From positions 2,790,001 to 2,854,000 of the forward strand of contig OZ218960.1 in the NCBI GenBank assembly GCA_965112735.1: 64,000 bases of DNA, written 5' to 3'. The first letter of the stretch is position 1; every line of letters starts with the position of its first letter. This stretch comes from Phaeosaccion multiseriatum (taxonomy: Eukaryota > Protista > Ochrophyta, other classes). The notes under the pieces are model-generated. The model had not been told where the DNA came from. It searched no databases and worked only from the letters and a program-made list of their open reading frames with translations. This document shows, in pieces, positions 63,821 to 64,000 of this stretch. Made by a program: the position numbers and the translations under genes.

Positions 63821-64000
63821 CTGTGAGTGAGAGGGTCGAGCGAGAGAGGGTGGAGGAGAAGGCACGGAGAGGGCCGATGAGTTAGCGTAAGAGAGAGAGA
63901 GAGAGTACAGCGAGAGAGGGTGGAAAGAGGGCAGAGAGATAGGCCAGAGACTACGAATGACGTCTAATGAGGATCATCTATGGCGCCACCCCCCCCCCCC

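Noticed and set aside
1-64000. tRNA, rRNA or snRNA genes
   Set aside because: None recognised by eye; tRNAscan-SE/Infernal would be needed to exclude them.

Overview
Eukaryotic, GC-rich and intron-rich genomic DNA with microsatellite-filled introns; probably a stramenopile/ochrophyte alga (inferred from gene content only). I reconstructed spliced gene models by hand from GT-AG sites. In order: THOC2 (5'-truncated, +), ribosomal protein bL36 (-), a CRAL-TRIO protein (+), transaldolase (+), an ankyrin-repeat protein (+), a 3-kb TIR DNA transposon relic (decayed AT-hook ORF, nested 205-bp palindromic element), a CEP164-like WW/DM10-like protein (-) head-to-head with an 8-TM tandem tetraspanin-like protein (+), a gene-poor tract with related MITEs and a solo LTR, three adjacent transcription factors (short Zn(II)2Cys6, 3R-MYB, full-length Zn(II)2Cys6), and cysteinyl-tRNA synthetase (5'-truncated, -). 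The most unusual signal is a 14-mer, AGTTGGTGATACAG, with 9 exact copies and several near-exact ones in exons (different frames), introns and intergenic DNA on both strands. Other dispersed short motifs accompany it, and many introns have a purine-rich 5' part and a complementary pyrimidine-rich 3' part. Most short ORFs in the supplied track are low-complexity artefacts of microsatellites.
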